From positions 1,024,001-1,088,000 of the forward strand of contig OZ251539.1 of assembly GCA_965243135.1 (NCBI GenBank): a stretch of DNA of 64,000 nt, read 5' to 3'. The notes under the pieces were generated by a model, which saw only the letters and a program-made list of their open reading frames with translations, did no database searches and was not told where the DNA came from. Below, one piece after another: positions 60,888 to 64,000 of this stretch (positions are counted from its first letter, which is position 1; every line of letters starts with the position of its first letter). The translations under genes and the position numbers were made by a program. The DNA comes from Alphaproteobacteria bacterium (lineage in GTDB: Bacteria; Pseudomonadota; Alphaproteobacteria; MPNO01; UBA830).

Positions 60888-61334
60888 ATGAGACGGTATG
60901 TGGCCGTTCTTGCGGTTCTCGCGGGCCTTGGCGGCGGCGAGCCGGCGGCGGCGTTCGAATCGAGCGAGGCGAGCGTCCTGTCGGGCGGCAGGACGCACGA
61001 ATTCCGCGTCGAGGTCGCGCGGACCCGGCGCGAGCAGATCCAGGGCCTGATGTTCCGGCGCCGTCTGGACGCCGACGCGGGAATGCTGTTCGTTTATCGC
61101 CGCGCCGCGCGGGTTCTGATGTGGATGAAGAACACTTACGTCCCGCTGGATATGCTGTTCATCGATCGGACCGGCGCGATCGTGGAGATCGCGCAGCGGA
61201 CGGTGCCGCTGTCGACGGCGACCATATCGTCGAAAAAGCCGGTCACGGCCGTTCTGGAGGTCAACGCCGGCACGGTCGCGCGGCTCGGCATCGAAATCGG
61301 GGACCGCGTCGTCTCGCCTGCGCTGCCTCCCTAA
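60888..61334 (+). CDS. DUF192 family exported protein
   Basis: VEVART..QGLMFR..GMLF..MWMKNTYVPLDMLFI..VLEVNAG. Confidence 0.93.
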   Translation: MRRYVAVLAVLAGLGGGEPAAAFESSEASVLSGGRTHEFRVEVARTRREQIQGLMFRRRLDADAGMLFVYRRAARVLMWMKNTYVPLDMLFIDRTGAIVEIAQRTVPLSTATISSKKPVTAVLEVNAGTVARLGIEIGDRVVSPALPP

Positions 61335-62110
61335 CGGGCCCAGGCGGGCCTGCGCTTTTCCAGAAACGCCGAAATCCCTTCCTGGGCCTCGTCCGACAGG
61401 CGCGCCTGCGCGTTCCAGGCGAGCCCGGCATCGAGCATCGACCGATCCGGGCCGCCAAGGGCGCGAATCAGCTCGCCGGTCTTGGCGATCGCGTCCGGCG
61501 AGGATTGCAGGCCGAGTTCGACATGCGCCTTCGTCCGCGCGTCGAGCTCGGCGTCGCCGTCCGTGATCTCGTGCGCAAGCCCCGCCGCGAGGGCGGCCTC
61601 GCCGTCGAAGGCGACCGCGGACGCGGCCAGATACCGGAACCGGTGCGTTCCGATTCGCGGGACCATGAACGCGGCGACGATTCCGGGGACGAGGCCGATC
61701 CTGATCTCCGAAAGGCAGAAACTCGCGTCGCGGCGCGCGATCACGACGTCGCAGCAGGCGAGAATGCCCATCGCGCCGGCGTAGGCCGCGCCGCGCACCT
61801 GCGCGACGACCAGCTTGGGGCAGGCGTCGATCGCCCGGTACATGTCGAGGAGGTTGCGCGAGTCCGCCTTCACCTCCGCCTCGGTCTGGCCGAGCACGTC
61901 GCGCATCCAGTTCAGGTCGCCGCCCGCGCAAAACGCGGCGCCCGCGCCGCGAAGAACGACGACGCGAACGGAAGGGTCGGCGGACAGTTCCTCGAAACCG
62001 GCGCGGACGTCGGCGATCATTTCCGGATTCAGCGCGTTGCGGACCTGAGGACGGTCGAGGGTCAGCGTCGCGACTGCGCCGTCGCGCGCGATCGAGATGG
62101 TGCCGGTCAT
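61331..62110 (-). CDS. Enoyl-CoA hydratase family (methylglutaconyl-CoA hydratase-like)
   Basis: LDRPQVRNAL, FCAGGDL, FCLSEIRIGLVP, EGISAFLEKR. Confidence 0.9.
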   Translation of the reverse strand: MTGTISIARDGAVATLTLDRPQVRNALNPEMIADVRAGFEELSADPSVRVVVLRGAGAAFCAGGDLNWMRDVLGQTEAEVKADSRNLLDMYRAIDACPKLVVAQVRGAAYAGAMGILACCDVVIARRDASFCLSEIRIGLVPGIVAAFMVPRIGTHRFRYLAASAVAFDGEAALAAGLAHEITDGDAELDARTKAHVELGLQSSPDAIAKTGELIRALGGPDRSMLDAGLAWNAQARLSDEAQEGISAFLEKRRPAWAR

Positions 62111-64000
62111 GATTTCTCCTTGGCTGCGCGTATCGCCCGGTAGAGTCGCCGGGGGGTCAGCGGCGTTTCGCGGATTTCGGCGTCGATGCCGGCCGCGAGA
62201 AGGGCGTCGCGGACCGCGTTGGCGATGGCGGCCGGAGGCGCGATCGCGCCGCCTTCGCCCATGCCCTTCATTCCGTATTCCGTGCCGAGGGCGGGCGTGA
62301 CCGCGTGGTCGATGCGGAAACGGGTCAGCGCGGTCGGTCCCGGCCAGTGATAGTCGGCGAAGGTGGACGCCATCGGCTGCCCGGATTCGTCGTACGGGAT
62401 CTCCTCGAACAACGCGGTTCCCACGCCCTGCGCCGCGCCGCCGGCGATCTGGCCGTCGACGATCATCGGATTGACGACCGTGCCGCAGTCCTCGGCGACC
62501 GCGTAATCGAGAATCCGGACTTCGCCGGTTTCGGGATCGACCAGAACCACGGCGGCGTGGGTCGCGTAGGAGAACACGCCCGACGTCACCTCCGGCTCGT
62601 AGACCGAGGTTTCCTCGAGGGCCGGCGTCTCCCCTTCCGGAAGGAGGTCCTGGCGGAGGTGGGCGATCCCGGCGATTTCCGCGACCGTCATCGACGCCTC
62701 GCCGGCGCGGACGGCGCCGCCGCGCAGTTCGACTTCCGACTCCCCGCACTGAAGCAGATGAGCGGCGACGCGCCTGATCTTGCCGGCGAGAGCGCGGCAG
62801 GCCTTCGCGGACGCGCCGCCCGCCATGACCATGGAGCGGGAGGCGAAAGTGCCGTTGCCGTATGGCGATACGGCGGTGTCGCCGTATCTCACGATCACGT
62901 CTTCGATGTCGAGGCCGAGTTCCTCGCAAGCGACCTGGGCGAGGGTCGTCTCCATGCCCTGGCCGTGGCTGTGAACGGCGACGAGGAGTTCGAGGGTGCC
63001 GTCCGCGTGCATCCGGGCGGTCGCGGTTTCGAACGCGGGGATGACCGGGGTCCCCCGGATCTTCCATTCCTGGGCGCCGTGCGCGGTTTGCTCCGAATAG
63101 CTGGCGAAGCCGATTCCGACGAGGCGTCCGTCGGCGCGCCCGGCGGCGCGTTCCCTCGCCACCCGGGGCATGTTCACGGCCGCCGCCGCCTTCTCCGCGC
63201 TCACGGGGTAATCGCCGGTGTCGAAACGCAGGCCGGCGACGCTGGTGCAGGGCAGCTTTTTCACCATGTTTTCGCGGCGCACGTCGTACGGCGACCGGCC
63301 CGCCGCCCGGGCCACCTCGTCCAGGGTGCGTTCGATCGCGAAACAGGCGCCGGGGCGGGCGACTCCGCGATAGGGGCCGAGCGGCGGCTTGTTGGTGGCG
63401 ACCGTCCATGTTTCCGCGCGCAGCGCCTCGATGCGGTAAGGGCCGGGCAGGTTGCGCGCCGCCATCCCGGTTTCGAGGAAGGGGCCGCCCGGCCAGATCG
63501 AATACGCGCCGGCGTCCACGATCACGGCGGCGTCGATGCCGAGGATGCGTCCGCGGGAATCGGCGTAGGCCGCGATCCGGTACCAGTGCTCCCGGGCCTG
63601 GTTGTTCGAGGTGATGTTTTCACGCCGGTCTTCGATCCAGCGCACCGGCCGGCCGGTTTTCAGGGCGGCGGCGCAAACCATGATCTCCTCCGGCATCATG
63701 CGGTTCTTCGAGCCGAAGCCGCCGCCGACGTCCGGCGAAACCACCCGCAGTCGGCGTTCCGGAAGCCCGAGGCACGCGGCGATCCCGACCCGCATCACGT
63801 GCGGCCCCTGGGTTCCGAGATACAGGACCAGCTCGTCGCGGCGGTCGTCCGGCACGGCGAACGCCGCGCGGCACTCGAGGGGCATCGCGCCGTGCCGGTT
63901 GAGCCGGTATTCGTTGGCGACGACGATCTCGGCCGCGCGGCGGGCGGCGTCGATGTCGCCGCCTTCGACGACGCGCTCGATATAAACGTTGGCGGGCCAC
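62107..64000 (-). CDS. CoxL-like molybdopterin large subunit (5' end outside window)
   Basis: [33 protein letters not shown]; frame remains open to the window end. Confidence 0.9.
   Translation of the reverse strand, partial: WPANVYIERVVEGGDIDAARRAAEIVVANEYRLNRHGAMPLECRAAFAVPDDRRDELVLYLGTQGPHVMRVGIAACLGLPERRLRVVSPDVGGGFGSKNRMMPEEIMVCAAALKTGRPVRWIEDRRENITSNNQAREHWYRIAAYADSRGRILGIDAAVIVDAGAYSIWPGGPFLETGMAARNLPGPYRIEALRAETWTVATNKPPLGPYRGVARPGACFAIERTLDEVARAAGRSPYDVRRENMVKKLPCTSVAGLRFDTGDYPVSAEKAAAAVNMPRVARERAAGRADGRLVGIGFASYSEQTAHGAQEWKIRGTPVIPAFETATARMHADGTLELLVAVHSHGQGMETTLAQVACEELGLDIEDVIVRYGDTAVSPYGNGTFASRSMVMAGGASAKACRALAGKIRRVAAHLLQCGESEVELRGGAVRAGEASMTVAEIAGIAHLRQDLLPEGETPALEETSVYEPEVTSGVFSYATHAAVVLVDPETGEVRILDYAVAEDCGTVVNPMIVDGQIAGGAAQGVGTALFEEIPYDESGQPMASTFADYHWPGPTALTRFRIDHAVTPALGTEYGMKGMGEGGAIAPPAAIANAVRDALLAAGIDAEIRETPLTPRRLYRAIRAAKEKS

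Overview
GC-rich, alphaproteobacterial-looking window (inference; the gene content resembles a marine, possibly host-associated heterotroph). Metabolic content: a form II cox (CODH-like) operon coxG-S-L-M-D-E-xdhC-mocA, two further xanthine-oxidase-family molybdo-hydroxylases (one with a Liv-type ABC transporter), aromatic and N-heterocycle catabolic enzymes (ligAB, dihydroxyphthalate-decarboxylase-like, isochorismatase plus maleate isomerase, CoA transferase and ligase), a 10-gene Mrp/Mnh antiporter operon, and a TPP-riboswitch-controlled ThiXYZ-like transporter. Accessory DNA is interspersed: (i) an AT-rich two-gene island encoding an all-alpha protein with a GrpE-like C-terminus next to an Hsp70/actin-fold ATPase with no recognisable substrate-binding domain, the best candidate for an undescribed system; (ii) an autotransporter-like adhesin whose start codon is cut off from its signal peptide by a C15 tract (apparent phase-OFF state); (iii) tandem tag glycosylase copies, one with an altered base-recognition Glu; (iv) MazEF, a HicAB cassette inside a decayed IS, an ISKra4-like relic with intact terminal inverted repeats, an orphan DNA methyltransferase and a nuclease/TctA chimeric pseudogene. 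No rRNA, tRNA or CRISPR array was seen. All calls come from motif recognition by eye; no searches were run.
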